Shown: positions 49,215 to 63,716, counted from the stretch's first letter. The stretch is 64,000 nucleotides of DNA from Tricharina praecox (GCF_024521635.1 NW_026250405.1:1178001-1242000), one strand, 5' to 3'. The notes: generated by a model not told the origin, from the letters alone. Program-made: numbers and translations.

Positions 49215-49761
49215 CGTGTGTGTTCGAATTGTGGTTATTGCTGCGTGAGGTGGTAAAGGAACGTGTAGAGTAGGTGGGTTTTGTTAGGGGTAGTGGTGGT
49301 GGAGGTGGTGGTGAAAATAGGGGGGAGACGTGTGGTGGTGGGGTGCGAAGTAAACAAAGCGCCGGTTTGGGTTGCACCGGCAACTGCCAACTGCCAACTG
49401 GGCGAGTGGCTCATGAGACATCACTCGGGCACTTATTTGCTGAAGGGGTTTTTGAGGCGTTCGTTTTGGAAAGCGAGTGGAGGAGCGTCGCTCGACGATG
49501 ATTACTTTAGTTACTCTATCCCCAGTGCATTCTGTCTGTGAATGGACTACCTACGCTGACTGTTGATGAAGTCGGTGGTAGACTCGGATGGTTGAATGAA
49601 GTTCATGATGCACAGGTATGTAGGAAAAGTGCACAACCGGCTCGGCCTACAAAGCAGATCATTTGCCATAAAAAGTTCTTTATTTGGATTACAGAGCACA
49701 TGCCCAATGAAAAAGCAAAGAAAGTGAGTTCCTTCATCCAGAAACGCCAGTCCACCACTAA

Positions 49762-51274
49762 CTACTCCTCATCCGCCGCCGGTTTACGTCCATACACCAC
49801 GAAGCTGCACGATCTCAATGTCAGCCCATCGTCATCACGGCCACTCCAGGGTCAACATGGGAACTTACAACTCATTGTACACATGATTGTTCTTGTTGAG
49901 TGCAGAGGTATAGGCGGCTTCACATAGCTTTTCCGCCTCCACGGGGTCCATCTCAAGGATCCTGGTAAACGCGGCCATTCCATACGCATGGAACGCAGTC
50001 CGCGCATTCATGAGCAGCATAGCACCAATCTGCTTCAGCCGCTTCTCCTTGGGCCAGGGTCCGATGGGCTGCTTATAAGTGAACGCCTGGACATCGACAA
50101 AGCCGGCATTCTCTAGGTACGAAATCATTACGTCGCGCTTCGGGCCTGGCCGATTGATCTTCTCCATAGCTTTGCCGCAGAGCGCGAGGTGAACCTTGAT
50201 GGGGTGGTCGTCGGCCATGGTGCCGTCGTCGCATTTCCCCTCAAGGCCGACTTCGGCGAGTTCGGCGTATCCGCCCGGCACGGTGCAGCGGTAGACCTCA
50301 CTCATGAATTTGGGCCAGTTCTCGATTCCTTTCCGTCATGTCAGTCGGTGCACCACAGGAGAGAGACAGTATGGGGGCGAACCCTGGGAAATATTCCGGC
50401 AGTGGACGAAATCGAAGGAATTATCTCTAAACGTCCATGGCTGTGCCGCATCGTCGACCTGTTCTTTCGATCTCTCATCAGCGCACTTGCCTCCCAACGC
50501 ACCCCCACTTCCGGACTGACCTCGAATTTGCAGTTCGGCGGCACCCAGGTAGGCTGGATCGGGCTCAGATCCGTGCCGATGACCTCGGCCATGGGATATT
50601 TGTCTGCCGCATCGATCGCCCAGAGACCCGTTCCGGTACCGACGTCGAGGATCCGCTGGGGGTCTTCAAGAGGCGCCGCGTGGAGCTCACCCTTGAGGAG
50701 GCCGAGCATGATCTCGTGGTGCATGTCGAGGCTATAGTGTGCCCGTCAGTACGGGGAAGGAGGCGCAGGGACGGACGGGAGGTGTATGTACCGGTCTTGT
50801 TCTACCTGTGAGCTGCGTCAGTAATTGGATCATCCACCACGACGACTCCAGCCCATCGCAAACATACCTCATCAGTAGGGTGTAGATTCTTGTCGGTGCC
50901 GAAGTAGGCATGGTAACGACGGCCTTTCATCCACTGTCAGCAACCTCCCTCCATCCCTCCATTTCATAGGCACCAGCCCGGAGCGTACCATTCTCAAAGA
51001 CATATTCGTTAATCGACGACGACAGACTGGCGGTGCTGGTGTCGTATCTATCACGGTGTCAGTCCCGGTTCGACGAGTGCATCTTCGAAACGAATGCAAA
51101 TAGATGGAAGGTGGGATATACCCCGAGGACTCGTAATCATCTACACCCTCATCTGCCAGCTTCGAGTCGCAGTCGAGTCAGCTCGTCCATCCCATCGATG
51201 CGACAGTATAGTGGGATAGTGGGGGAACATACGATGGCAGGATCAACCTCGATTTTTGCTTGTACGTTAGACAT
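49762..51274 (-). CDS. LaeA-like (class I SAM-dependent) methyltransferase; 9 exons
   Basis: Spliced reading [85 protein letters not shown] introns with branch sites. Confidence 0.92.
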
Positions 51275-52378
51275 CTTCTCCTCGAATCGTGGTGGTGGTG
51301 GTTTGGGAAGCCGTGGATATGTTACTAGTAGTGCGTTCGTTCACAGATCAAAATTTCGGTCCATAGCAGTCTTATGTAGTCGCATCCCCTCGATGAGTAG
51401 CACGGCCAGGAACTGCAAGCTGCCCCAATGGGCAATCTCCGCTGGGCGATTCCTTGATCGGTGACAGAAGTTCTCAATGTGATACGGTGGGATCTCCCTA
51501 CAGTAGGCATGCAACGCCCGTATCCAGACCCACCACCCATTTTCAAGATTCATGCAGCACAAGGCCCGACTCCTGCCACAAACAAATAGGACGTGGCAGC
51601 TAGCCGGACAAGGGGCATAGCAAGTTCACTACCCTTAGGCACATGGAGATTCTGCCCTAGAGCACACTGAAGCCAAAGCTCCCGTCGAGTCACGGAAAAG
51701 CTCCGGAAGCCCTCGTCCGCGTCGGTTTTCCGGCGGTAAACGGCGCCTTATTCCAGGCAGAGAACCAGTGACAGGATAACTTGTGGGGGGCGTGGGCTTC
51801 GAGACATCTTTCCATGGACTGGCTGCGTACGGCCCGGTAAGCTGCATTCACTGGCTAAGAAAGCGAGTCTCGTCTCGTGTGTCTGCAGCCGTGTGGGTGG
51901 CTGTCTGTGGGGCTATCCGCAAGCTTGGTCTTGGTTTTGGGCTCGGTAACTAAGATGGGGGACGGAAGGGCCGAAGCGCGAGTCGAATGACCTGACCTGG
52001 ACGGAGTGGAGTGGAGGGGGAATGGCGACGATCTTTGACGCTGCATAACCTCAACACGAAAAGGTTACAGAAGGAATACGAAGAGTACATGATAACTAGC
52101 ACACTACGTACAGTATCTGTATGTATCGTGACCAACAACACCAACAACAACAACAGCACCACCACATAGACTAGCGGGGCTCCGGCAACTTTATGCATGC
52201 TTTTCCCTCTGTAGTGGACCGAGATACCTATGCGCCGTCCGCCGTGGAATACCCGTATCGGCCTTCCCGCCACTGATTTGGGTTAAGCATCCATGTCCAG
52301 CCCACATCATGCGCACATCTCGAATCCCATCTAGAGCCCGGTAGGTATCGTGAGAACTACGAACGTGGCGTAGCGACT

Positions 52379-53553
52379 CTAGTAAAACCTTCTCCCGATA
52401 CCCCGCTTCTGTAGACTCCTAATCCATGTTCCCCCCTCAACCACCCTCTTCCCCTCGACCTTGACGGCGCCTACACGCACCCACTCCCCATCTTTACATT
52501 TGAGCACCATCATCTCCTGGTACTCCCTCTTGAGGTATCGGAAGCAACCGACGGGTATATCCAGCTCGGGCGTGAAATCCAGAGCTTTGATGTCATAGAG
52601 GATCGCGCGTTTTCGCGGTACATCGGGCTGTTCCATTTCGTACCCCAACTCGGTCCACACCTCACCCAGCATCTCAGCGCGGAGCTCCATCTCATCGGCC
52701 CCCCACGCGGCCCAGTCGATGTGTGCATCCTCCGGTGTGATCTTGGGCGCGAGTGAAGCCTCGTACGTATTCTGAACCGCCGAGATCGGCGGGACGAATA
52801 GCTGCCGTCGCAACGTCTCAACGAGCATTTCTGCTCCGCGGACGGCAAGCTTGTCGTGTAGTGCGTGGTAGCTGGTTCGCGGATAGATCTTAACGGGCGG
52901 TGACGACTGCATCAGGATTGCGCCGTGGTCGAAGCGCTTGGTGTCGAGAGTTTGGATCGTAACGCCGGTTTCGGCATCGTGGTTCAAGAGCGTCCGCTGG
53001 ATAGGTGCTGCGCCGCGGTAGCGGGGCAGGAGGGACGGGTGCACATTCAGTCCGCCGTAAGGGAGGCTGGTGATGATGCTGGCGGGGATGAAGAGGCCAA
53101 AGGAGACGGCTATGATGAGATCGAACGATGATGTGGACAGCTGTGGTGGATGTTAACCGAGTGCGCTCAACGTGGAATGGATGATGGTACCTGGAAATCT
53201 TTGAAGGAAGATATGGTGTGGAGGGGCAGTCCAAGGTTCTGTGCTACCGCCTTGATGGGAACTGCAAGATCAGTTCTGCTTCAACATAGATTCAGAAGAA
53301 ATGGCGCGTACGTACCTTCTTTAAGGATGTCGCGTTTCCGGCCGGTGCGTCCGTCTTCGCGGCAGAGAACGTCAATTGATCCGATCAGGGAAGGGTCGGT
53401 GACATGTGCTTGGTGGAGAGCCGAAAGGGATGTCGCGCTGAAGTTGTCTGAGCCGGCGAAGAGGATTCGTAATGGGGGCAGCTTTGGCGTCGAGTATTGC
53501 CAGAAAGAAGAGGGGAGCGGTCGTAGCCGCAGAAACCGACTCAGTGTTGCCAT
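52379..53553 (-). CDS. FMT1: Mitochondrial methionyl-tRNA formyltransferase; 3 exons
   Basis: Arg/Ser/Leu-rich presequence, RILFAGSDNFS, IAVSFGLFIP, LNVHPSLLPRYRGAAPIQRTLLN, FDHGAIL. Confidence 0.92.
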
Positions 53554-53723
53554 TCTTCTTCAAGTGGTGCCTGCCTGTCGCTCCGTTGATGGGGGCAATT
53601 CAGTGCAATGTCATCCGCAGCGGCTACTGCCCCACCTATGACTGCCCCTCCCCGCATACATCATCAGTTGGGTTATCCCAGCCACTAGCTGCCAATCCCA
53701 CCATCAACCTCACCACCACCTCC

Positions 53724-55959
53724 ATGGCCTCGCCCTCCATCTCCGCGCCGCCACCCCTCCCCTCATCGCTCGTCCCAACCGTAACTCCCGCCAGCCTCAG
53801 TTCACTCGCAATCTACAACCCATCCCTCGGCAGCACCGACTCGACGCTGCACAACCAGCTAATATTCTACACATCCCGCCGTGGGAATGCCGCGATCAGC
53901 ACGAACGACAAGCTTCGACAGATCGGACTCGCGCAAGGCATCGCCGAGTTCGCACGCGGCTTCTCGAGCACCGATAACTGCACCTCTGTCGAGACGCAGC
54001 GATCGCGCGTCGTAACACTCGAGCTCGAGGACGGCTGGTGGATCCACGCGGCTATCGACTTGACATGTTTACATAATCCGACGGTGCAGCCGCCGACCCA
54101 GGAGTGGAGCTCGCGAGAGGTCGCACCGACGCAGCTACTCGTCGCACAGATCAAACGAGCGTACTCGCAGTACCGGTTTCTTTATGGCAGGTTCCAGATG
54201 GGGTGGGAGAAGCTGGAGAGGGCGGCGTTTTGTAAGCGCGTGGAAAAGTTTTGGTTGCGTTGGGCGTGGGTGAGGTGGGAGGTGGTGCTCCATGGCTCGC
54301 CGGTCATCGATATGCTTGCTGAGAAGACGGTCAATATGGCGGGTGGGAGGCTGGGGAAGGAGGAGATTGGACGGCAGGAGAAGGAGTTTATGGAGGGGTG
54401 GATACGGAAGGAGAGCGCGCATGGACTGGTGGATATGGTTGTGTCGAGGTTTGGGGAGCGCGAGGTGGAAGCGGCTCCCGAGGATGCGTCACCGACAAGG
54501 ACGAAGAGCGGCTCACCGTTCTGGTTCTGGAATCCCCACAGGAGGAGCGACAGCAGTTCAACGAAAGACCCAAACAAGAACACGGAAGATCTACCACCAG
54601 TACTGATGCCATCGGATGGCTGCGTGTTCAAAGGCATCGGTGCGGTCGAAGTGAACGACGTAGCCAGCTATCTGAGCGAACTATACGAGAAGGCGGAGGA
54701 GACCTATGTTGTCACTGGTAATGGAGTACGGCGGAAACGCAGGCGGAAACGACCCCGTGACAATTCCCGCCTCGGCGTGTCCTCCGGCGAGAGCTCACCC
54801 AGACGGAGTACCTCCACCATACGACACGCACGGGAAGACGGACCAAAGCCGACGAATTCGGGGCTAGGGAGGAACGAACCAGAAAGCCCCGAAGTCCAAC
54901 CCTCATCGCCTATATCACCCGACGCAGCTCTAGAGGCTGCAACTCCGAGTTCTCCGCCGGATGCTCCGCCGCCAGCCGATGACCCACCACCACTACAGCC
55001 GGCAGCGTGTGACGATAGCTCCCTCCGCTTCCGCAACCTCAGTGCCGCCAACGGCAAGATCCTCAACCTGCTAACCTTCGGCTGGAGCAGCCGGGTTCAA
55101 TCCGGCTCGACCTCGGCGCCCTCCGAAGCCGGCGACGGAGGAGACACAGACAGTGTCTTCGGCGACGCATCTGCTCCCGCCACTAGCACAACCGAGTCCG
55201 AAAAGAAACGCCGTGGCGCATTCCTAATCGGCTTCCAAGGCGACCTGGAACTGGAGGACATCGATGACGATCACGAGGACTCATCCGGACGGATCACCTC
55301 CCGCACCGTCTGGCTCCCGCGTACTCCGCCCAGCGACAGCGAAGAAGCAGAAAACGCCGTACCACACCCACTGTCCGAATTCAAATTAGTAGTCTACACG
55401 GTACACCCCCTTCGCCCGCCCTCCCACCTCCCACCTCCACCTCCACCTCCACCTCCGTTCCAGCTAACATCCTTAGAACAAACCCTTCATCTTCGCCTTC
55501 CTCTTCGCGCCACACTCTCGCATCCTCAGCAGCCCAAGTTTCTACCGCTCGCTGCACCACCAACTAACACCTCTCCTCTCGTCACTCCCCGTCTCCAGCG
55601 CTGCGACAAAAGCTCCGTACAACCTCCTCCTCACGCAGGGGAGCGTGTACACCAACCTCCCGCCGATCCCGGACCCGCTGCACGAGCTGCCGGGCTGGAG
55701 CCGCGCAGACGCGCTGCACGTGCACACCGTGATCCTGTCGATGCTGCAGGAGCGCGGAGACAGGGAGCGCAGTGTGCGCAGTGTGCGCGGGTGGTGGATA
55801 AACTGGTGCAAGTTTGAGGGCGGCGAGGGGTTGGTGGTGCGGCGCGCGGGCGAGGGGAAGGCTGCGGGCGCCGGCGGCGTCGACGTCGGTGCGGGGGCGG
55901 CGGTCGATGTTAAGAGGTACTTTGAGGGGCTGGAGATACGGGACGGTGCAGAGAAATAG
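53724..55959 (+). CDS. CCZ1: Vacuolar fusion protein Ccz1 (Mon1-Ccz1 GEF subunit); 2 exons
   Basis: PASLSSLAIYNPSLG..QLIFY..KLRQIGLAQGIAEFARGFS..VETQRSRVV..ELEDGWWI; intron 55401-55476 (GTACAC..GCTAAC..TAG); C-terminal NLPPIP..WSRADALHVH..ERSVRSVRGWW. Confidence 0.85.
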
Positions 55960-56664
55960 TGGTGCACAGATAGAGAAATGATGGACGCACTGGCACTGGC
56001 ACGGCGAGATGAGATGACATGGAAAGGATTACATATAACTCGAGCTTCTAGAAACATGGGCTAGTTACCGTAGCTTATGTACCTACTGCTACATAATGGC
56101 CATTACATACATTCACACCGCCCCCGTTGCACCCCCATTGCACGTCACCGATCAAAACAGCTCGAAACAGCTCGAAAACAGGTGTCAACAGACCACCAGC
56201 ACACCACTCTTACCCCCCCTCCACCAAATCCAATCCAATCCACACCTCATATCTTCTCCACACCATAAACCCAGTCAACAAGAAGCAAAAAGAGAGTGAC
56301 AAAGGAACGCCAAAACCCCAGCGACAACAACGACAACAGCAACAGCGACAGCAGCAACAACAGCAACATTTGTGCCCCCCCCGTCAAAAGATCTGAAAAG
56401 TGAGTTGAGTGAGTGAGAGTGTATGAGTGACTAACCAGACCTTACAGAGACCGCCCAGCATCCAAACAAGAAACAGAAAACACGAATCAAAACCAAACCA
56501 AACCCATACCAAAACCATGCGGACAACAATGATGAAGCTTGGTATATGCCCGAGAAAACGAAAGGAAAACGAAAGGAAAAATCAAAATGATGAAGCCGGA
56601 AACAAAAGAAAACCCCAATGCAGCAGGACAAAAGACAAACAATAACGGTGTAATGGGTGTTGAG

Positions 56665-57408
56665 TTATATGTGTCCCCTGAGATTAATCAGCTCCTCAAA
56701 CTCCTCGTCATCGTCGTCGTCGTCTTCGTCCTCATCGTCGACGTCACTACCATCACTACCATCCTGACTACCATCCTCCTCCTCCTCATCTATAAAGTCC
56801 GCGCTATTCTCGCTTTCCCAGCCATCGTCGATAATCGGCGCGCCGTCTCTATCTCCCAGGCCACTAGCAATCTGTATCGCCTCGTCCGCCGCGGCAAGAG
56901 CACGGTTCGCATTCTGGATGGCCGCGCCATCGGCGCCGGGGACAACGGCATTGCCATGTTCCGTTGACGCAGCGCGGGGCGGCGAGTTCAATACAGGGAG
57001 GACTGACAGGCTTCGCATTCTCTCGAGGCCGGTGCGCGAGATCGGTTGTGGATCTGTAGGCACGTCGATTGCGGCGATGGGGGCGCCCTCGTCTTCGGGG
57101 CGGATGATGCGGACCTGCGAGGTGTTGTACGACGAGCAGTTGTCGCATTTCTGCCCGAGAAAGTGGAATTGCACGTTGGACTTGGCCGAGCAGTCGTTGC
57201 AGCTGATCAGGCAGCGCCAGGCAGAGTATGGCGATGGTAACGGTTGGTTCTCGATCTCGATGTCGAGTGCGCGGAATTGGGACTCCATGTTGATTATGGT
57301 TCGCGCGCAGGTCGGACACCGGTAGGAGTTCTTCATGTGCTCGTAGTAGCATTTGTGATGGATTGAGTGGCCGCAGGTCTGAAACTATCAGCTATGGAAC
57401 TCATGATC

Positions 57409-57440
<32 letters not shown>

Positions 57441-58829
57441 GGACAGACGAACCATAAAGACTACTGTTAGTGTTGAAGTGAACATGAACTCTCCACATAT
57501 GGGGCAATCGCATTCTGTAGAACGTTCTATGCATCGGTGGGAGTTCTCGAGAGCTATCGACATGCATACACCGCATTTCTAGTACGCATCATTAGCACAC
57601 GCGTCGAGCTACACCGTGATCTGGTGAAGATACGCACCTTGCAGTGGAAAAAGTCCTTTCCCAACCCTTGCCCAATCCTACATATACCACAGTCGTTACA
57701 GTGATATATACTCTTTTGCGGATCGTCATCCCACAATTTGCACTGAACAACCCCCGGCACCTGTCAGTTCCACACCCCAAGAAGCACCGGAACAGCGGCC
57801 CAAACCCACCTTATCGCAGTAATACTTCGCACTCCTGACGCCGCAGAACCTACAGTCCTGCTGCGCCGGCTGCGGGCGTCCACAATGCATGCACAGCATA
57901 TTCTTCGTTTCCCTCCTGACCAGGGCATGGTCCTCATTCTCGTCGTGACAGAACCTGCACGTGTGCCAGCGCTCACACGTAGAGCACTGCAGCCTAACAC
58001 CTCTGCGATAATGCGAGCACCCCAGCACTCTCGGGGGCACACCGTCCTCCTCTTCCGGCGCCGGCGGGTTCGGGCCGGAGTAGTACGTCTTCCTCGCGTC
58101 GCCCTGGAGGAGTTTGTACGGATTCTTCTTATCGGAGGGATCTGGATCACCCAACATCTCGAGCCTTGTCGCCGTCGGCGACGCAGGCGCTACCTCACCG
58201 CCGCCTCCACCGCCGCCGACCTGCTGCAGCCCCACCACCTGCGCCGCCCGCGACTGATGCCACTTCTCCGTCATGATCTGGTGCATCTTCCGTGCGCGGT
58301 CGCGCTCAGGCAAGCCGGATTGCGTGATGTCGGACAGCTTCTGCCGCAGCTGCCGCTGCCCGTCGTCTTCGGGCAGCCCCGAGGCTCGCGCGGGCAGCAA
58401 GGAGCCGCCCGTGCTCGCTGGCACGGGAGACGGGAGAGTGTTCGACGGGCCGCCTTCCGGGGGGGACATCACGGGCGGAGCGGCGATGGCGTCCGGAACT
58501 GCTATGAGGTGGGCCCCGCTGCTGGTGCTAGTGCTGGTGGTGATCGTGGCGAGCGTCTGCTCGGAAGCCTCGTCTCCTCGCGGTCTGACGTAGGTACCTT
58601 CGGGCACGGATGCGAGGGGTGGGTGGGCGGGCACGGGCGAGCGTGGTGGTGGAGAGTCCGAGATGGCATCGTCGTCGACTTCGTCGAGGTCGCCGGGAGT
58701 GGTGGCGAATCGGCGCTGCGGGTGGTTCGGGTGCTGCTGGTCATCTTGTGCGGATCCCTGGGACCAGCGGCGAACTCGGTCTACGCCTGCTCCGAAGGCC
58801 GTGGTAAGCCTGGTTGCGTATGTGGCCAT
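56665..58829 (-). CDS. CHY-zinc finger / RING E3 ligase (Pirh2/RCHY1-like); 4 exons
   Basis: GCSHYRRGVRLQCSTC..CRFCHD (CHY), YHCNDCGICRIG, CPICGE..CGHSIH..C..CPTC (RING-H2), CNDC..FHFLGQKCDNCSSYNT zinc ribbon. Confidence 0.93.
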
Positions 58830-59705
58830 CGGGCGAGCGATGCTGCTGCTGTGCGGGGGCAGGCGGGTGGGTTATATTGGTGAATGAGCGGACGAGCGAG
58901 GGGGTGGCGAGAGGCTGAGGGAGTTCCGAGGAAGGTAGTGGAGACTTGAGAGGAGTAACTATAGCAGATACCACCCGTGCGATGTGCTGTGTGCTGTGCT
59001 GTGAATCACAAAACAAGCAAGGCGAGCGATGCGAGCAGTGACTTGCTTACCCTAGCTCAAGACTGAGAGAGAGAGGTATAAAGCTGGTTAGATATACTTT
59101 CCAAGTGCTTTCAAATGCCTGCCCTCGTGTTGAATGTCACCTACCCGAGCCCGAGTCCTGACTGCAGTGGGGAACTCCAGACATGTACCTCCATAGGTGC
59201 GTATTTAGCAGAATCTGTCAACCCACGGCAATTTTTTCCGTTCTTCTCGTCGCGTATCTTAATTCTCTCACATCACACCAATGGTTACCAAGCTCTCTCA
59301 CGGGATTCGGCACGCTAATCTTTGGCATTCCCGACTCACGTGAGGGCTGGGACTAACTAACTGGGGTTGATAATGAAGTCGGCAATCCCACATTTCAAAT
59401 CTGACAATTCGAACAATGGACGAAAGCCCACTTCGGCAGACAGCAGCTGGAAGTGTTGTAACCACCATTTGCGCGTATCGGTCGTAATAATGATATTGTA
59501 CAAAGATGAAACCAAATGATTAGGAAACCAAAAACCCTCTCCTCACCCCTTCCCCTCCCCTCCAAAAAAAATAAAAAATAATACCCACCTGGACCCAATT
59601 GTCCATAACGAATCAAGGCGTAACCAAATGACACTCCGAGCGCCTAAGAAATGAGATCAGGTAACAAGTTAGATGGAATAAAAAGAAAACGGAGCCCTGC
59701 TGGCT

Positions 59706-61347
59706 TCACTCGTCTACAAAGGTGTTGACGCTGCCTTTGATGTACTCGTAGCTGCTAAAGAACACAGCATTGAGGATACAAGAACGAGTCATCGACACGC
59801 CGAGACCACGGTACCTGCGCGAGGGATGGTCAGCTATCTGATTGCCGGATGGGTCACACAGAGGAACCTACATCCGCCTGTTGAAGAACCTGAACGGCCT
59901 CTTAGGCAAAGGCTTTCCCGGCGGGTGCGTCAAGACATCCCTCTGGTATATCGATTTGGCGGAATCGATGGGATATATCTGGCACGGCATCAGCAATTGA
60001 TCATCGGGGCCACCAATGTCGGAGCTCATACCAAAACCCAGGAAAGAAGTCCGCACAATCCACCAGAAACGGCGATTCCCAATGTGCTCGGCCCTTCCGG
60101 AGAAGAAAACATCGCCTTACCCGTCTCGTAAAACTGGCAATGGTCAGTCTTGGAATGTTCAGAAGCAGCGGTATTCAACGTACAGTAAAATACATTGCCG
60201 TTCCAAGACTGTCACGGACTAGTACACGGCGCAATCATGTCAGTACGAAGGTTCGGAACCGCGAGGGATTCCCAAGAGACGTACTAAAGTGTAGATGGAA
60301 TCCGGAATACAGCCCCAGTAATCCCCTAGCCCTAACGATATCCTTTGCGCCCTCAAGAGTGCCTTTGTGCTTGTACTTCCTGATATGGCTCGGGTCGTCG
60401 AGGCTCGAGCGTTTCGAACGAAGCATAAACAGCTCAATCTGCGCGGACAGCTTCGTGAACTCAAAAGGGCCTAAGCTACGTCAGCCCTCGGCTATCCTCG
60501 GTACACAGCAGCAGCGCGGGAACACGCACAGGCTATGAACGTTATCGCCCCGCCCGCGGTCGCTCCCGAGAGGAACCAGTAGATCGGATTACACGGCTTC
60601 GGCGGCGTATTCGGGGTCGAGATCAATCTCGGGCCGAGAACCGGCTTCAGCATCTCCGCATAGACCTGCTTCGACTTGGAATAGATCGAAAACGATACGG
60701 TGCGGACCAAAGTGACAGACGCTAGGGGAGCGAGACTACCTGTCGACATGCGCCCAAAAGATTGGATCCATCAGCAACGGGTTTCCCGAGAAGCAACAAC
60801 CCCTCCCGCCCAACCCATTGGCAACAAAAACCCGGGCCGCAAAATAATCGAAGCATGATGGCGCATACCCCGCCAGAATCCTCGCATTCCCTCCGTGTTC
60901 TTGGTCTGCGTAACACAATCCCAGAAGCTGCGAAACTTGTACCTGGCGCACACAAACACGTCACATGTCAGCTCACCCATTCCAACCTGCCCCGCCACGC
61001 ACAGTCGCGAGTGCGGAATGGCCGAATGAACCGAAAACTCACGTCTGCATCCGGGTCTTAACCGAGTCCAGTGGAAACTGGACGAAAAGACTTGGTCAGC
61101 ATGTCGTGACGATGGACGCAGGATAATGCCAGCGGGGCGGGCTTACCGCGATGAACGTTGAGACACAGCTGGAGGCGCTAGCAGCAATCTCTGTCCGGTA
61201 CTCTTTGGCCAGCTGCTGAGCGGGCGAGAGGATCCCATTACGAGCAGACAGCATGTTGTTCCTCATCCTCGACGACGATGGCTGTGGGGTCGGCGGTGTA
61301 GCGGGGGTGGGGGCAGCCGTAGAGGCCATATCGTGAGGTTCCGGCAT
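59706..61347 (-). CDS. Mitochondrial carrier family (SLC25) protein; 9 exons; start could alternatively be 61329
   Basis: Three carrier signatures after splicing: FPLDSVKTRMQ, CPFEFTKLSAQ, YPIDSAKSIYQ; EGMRGFWRG, GLLGLYSG, MYRGLG; substrate not determinable. Confidence 0.9.
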
Positions 61348-63716
61348 GGCGGTTTGGCGGGGGCGGGGATAGGGAGGGGGCGGCACAAGCAGATAGTGGT
61401 AGAGATTGAGATAGAGGGGTGTCTAGAAACGGATCGGAGGTGTCGGGGTTGGCAGCTAACGATTCGATTGTGGGGATGGTGGCCCAAAAGCGGGAATGCC
61501 GCGTTCAGATCTGACGTCGGTGCGTAAGGGAAGATGGTATGCGCGTAGAGTGTGATGGACAAACGTGAGGTTCCATTGACACCCGCCCGCAACGCAAGTG
61601 GGAGAGTTGTATGCAGTCAATCAGACCAGCCGGATGTATGTGTATAAAGGGTGGCCTCCGAGGTCGGGTAGACTGCGGGTATTCGGCGCTGGAGAGTGGA
61701 CGGGAAACGATCTAGCTGTCTGCTCGATTGTCTTTTGTCTTTTGGCTGCTGAACTGTCTTTTGGCTCTCCTCCCTCTCTTTCTTTCTCTCTCTCTCTTTC
61801 TTTCTCTCTCTCTCAATCTTTTCCTTTCCTGTCTAGCTTTTTGCCCCTCTATGTCGCTCTTTTCTCCGGAGCTTAGTGCTGTGCACACCGATGCTGCTGA
61901 GAGGGGTATTCGCTGACTTCGCAGTGGCCCTGTGTGTGCCGTGAATCGTGACGAGGTGAAAGCCTCTGAACGATGAGGCCGACTGGCGGGAACAAGGAAG
62001 GAAGGGAGGGAAGGATTGGGGGCGAGGGGGGGCGAGGGGAGAGAGGGTGGGGACAGAAGATGAGTGAGCAGGATGTCGAAGCAAGCCAGCCCGCAGTTGT
62101 GGGAACAAGAAATAGGCGAGAAACTGCAAAGTCCCATGAAAGCCTCAAGGCCCAGCTCAGCGTCCTTTAGTTACTCAGAGTAACCTTCTCCAGAGCCCAG
62201 AAAAGTAAGCTTCGGCACAGCACCTAAGCATAAGCAGCAGCAAAGGGAAGGAAACGAACGTCTGCTGCTAGATACAGAGATCTGCATCGCTGTGTGCGTG
62301 CAGGGGTCTCTTATCAATGCTGGGCATTGGTTGAAAGGCATGGCATGGCATGCCGCCCCCGCCCTGCTTGCGAGTGCGTGGCGACGTCACGGAGAGACGA
62401 ATGAAGCCCGCGATTTCTCCGCACTCACTTCAATGGGAGTGGGAGGTTCGCAAGCTTGGACATGCGGAAGTGCTTGACTGCCCTATACCTAAGCATTTAT
62501 GTACGAGTGCGCCCAGGTGTACCGGTATGCCCAACATGGGATGGATCCACAGATCTCAAGTTCCGAAACCGCAACTGTATCATAGGCAGCAGCCTGTCTC
62601 AAATAGTCCGCAACCCGCTGGGGTGAATCTGATGCGCGCATTCCTACCTACATGCGTCGGCAGATGTTTGAGCAGACCGCAGGCGACCAGGAGGAGCAAG
62701 AAAGCACGAGCACAAGATGGCTGCCGATTCCGTGCAGCTTTGCCACCGCAGTTCTTTTTCCCCACGGCTATCCTGGGTATCATATCCCCCATCCATGATC
62801 CCATGCCGTTACGGGCCGGTATATATGGAGTATGATATGTAAACGACGCCCGTTTGTACCTAGCTCATCGATGGTCTTCGGGCTTCATTTCATCTGATTA
62901 GATAACTGTAACTAGATGTAGAGTACAGTACCTAGTGCTTGGATCGGCACAGGCAATGCCCTAAGTCTGGTGGGATTAAGGTATTCAGCAGCAGCAGCCA
63001 ATATCACGAGAGTACCTATGCTACATCCACCGGAGGAACGCAATGAAATACGACCCATGGAATCCCCCAGTCCGCAGCTCTACAGTGACCATTTGCACAA
63101 TTAGTAGTGCGATCATAGAGACAACCCAATTTCATGAACATAAACCCTACAGGTACTACAGCTCCCGCTTCCAAGGGGAAGATATATCTATTCCAATCGA
63201 ATCTGTTGCTATTGTCTAGACGGAAACGCCCTTATGCTTCGCATCAGAACTTCACGGTCGTTGTAACTCAGTCTTCCGATCGTGAGAAATGGGGAGTCGT
63301 GCAGCAGGTACGCATCAATGCTAGCACTCTCTTGCGGTGAAGGGGGTAAACACTCGGATGGTGACTTGTGACGAGATCTTTGTGTGTTCCACTGGAGGGA
63401 GAGAACACTTGTAGATGTCATCGGTTGGCTGAATCCTCACTCACAACCCAGCACTCTGCTCTATCACTTTTACGTATCACGTCTCTCTCTTATAGAGCTA
63501 CGGTTGCACCTTCTCAAAGAGTGCACACCTAAGCTACGGCAAGATCTACACCGGGGTGACCCTCATTCGTGATTACATCACATCACGCCAGTCACCAGAT
63601 CAATCATCACGACCACCTCACAGAATCTCACGGAATCACATGCATTACACCCGCTCTCATGGTATCAATCCTCCCCTCTCTCTCATCCCCCATCATCCCT
63701 CCTCATCCCTCCCCGT

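Noticed and set aside
47406..49256. Long plus-strand ORFs 47406-48125 and 48363-49256 (also 57885-58883)
   Set aside because: Antisense shadows of GC3-rich real genes on the minus strand
53472..53723. N-terminal extension of the 781-aa ORF overlapping FMT1
   Set aside because: Ccz1 similarity begins after ATG 53724, which has good context; the upstream part is antisense to FMT1 exon 1, and the ORF's C-terminal tail is intron read-through
49762..61347. Secondary-metabolite cluster around the methyltransferase
   Set aside because: The neighbours are unrelated housekeeping genes; no PKS, NRPS, terpene synthase or cluster transporter is present
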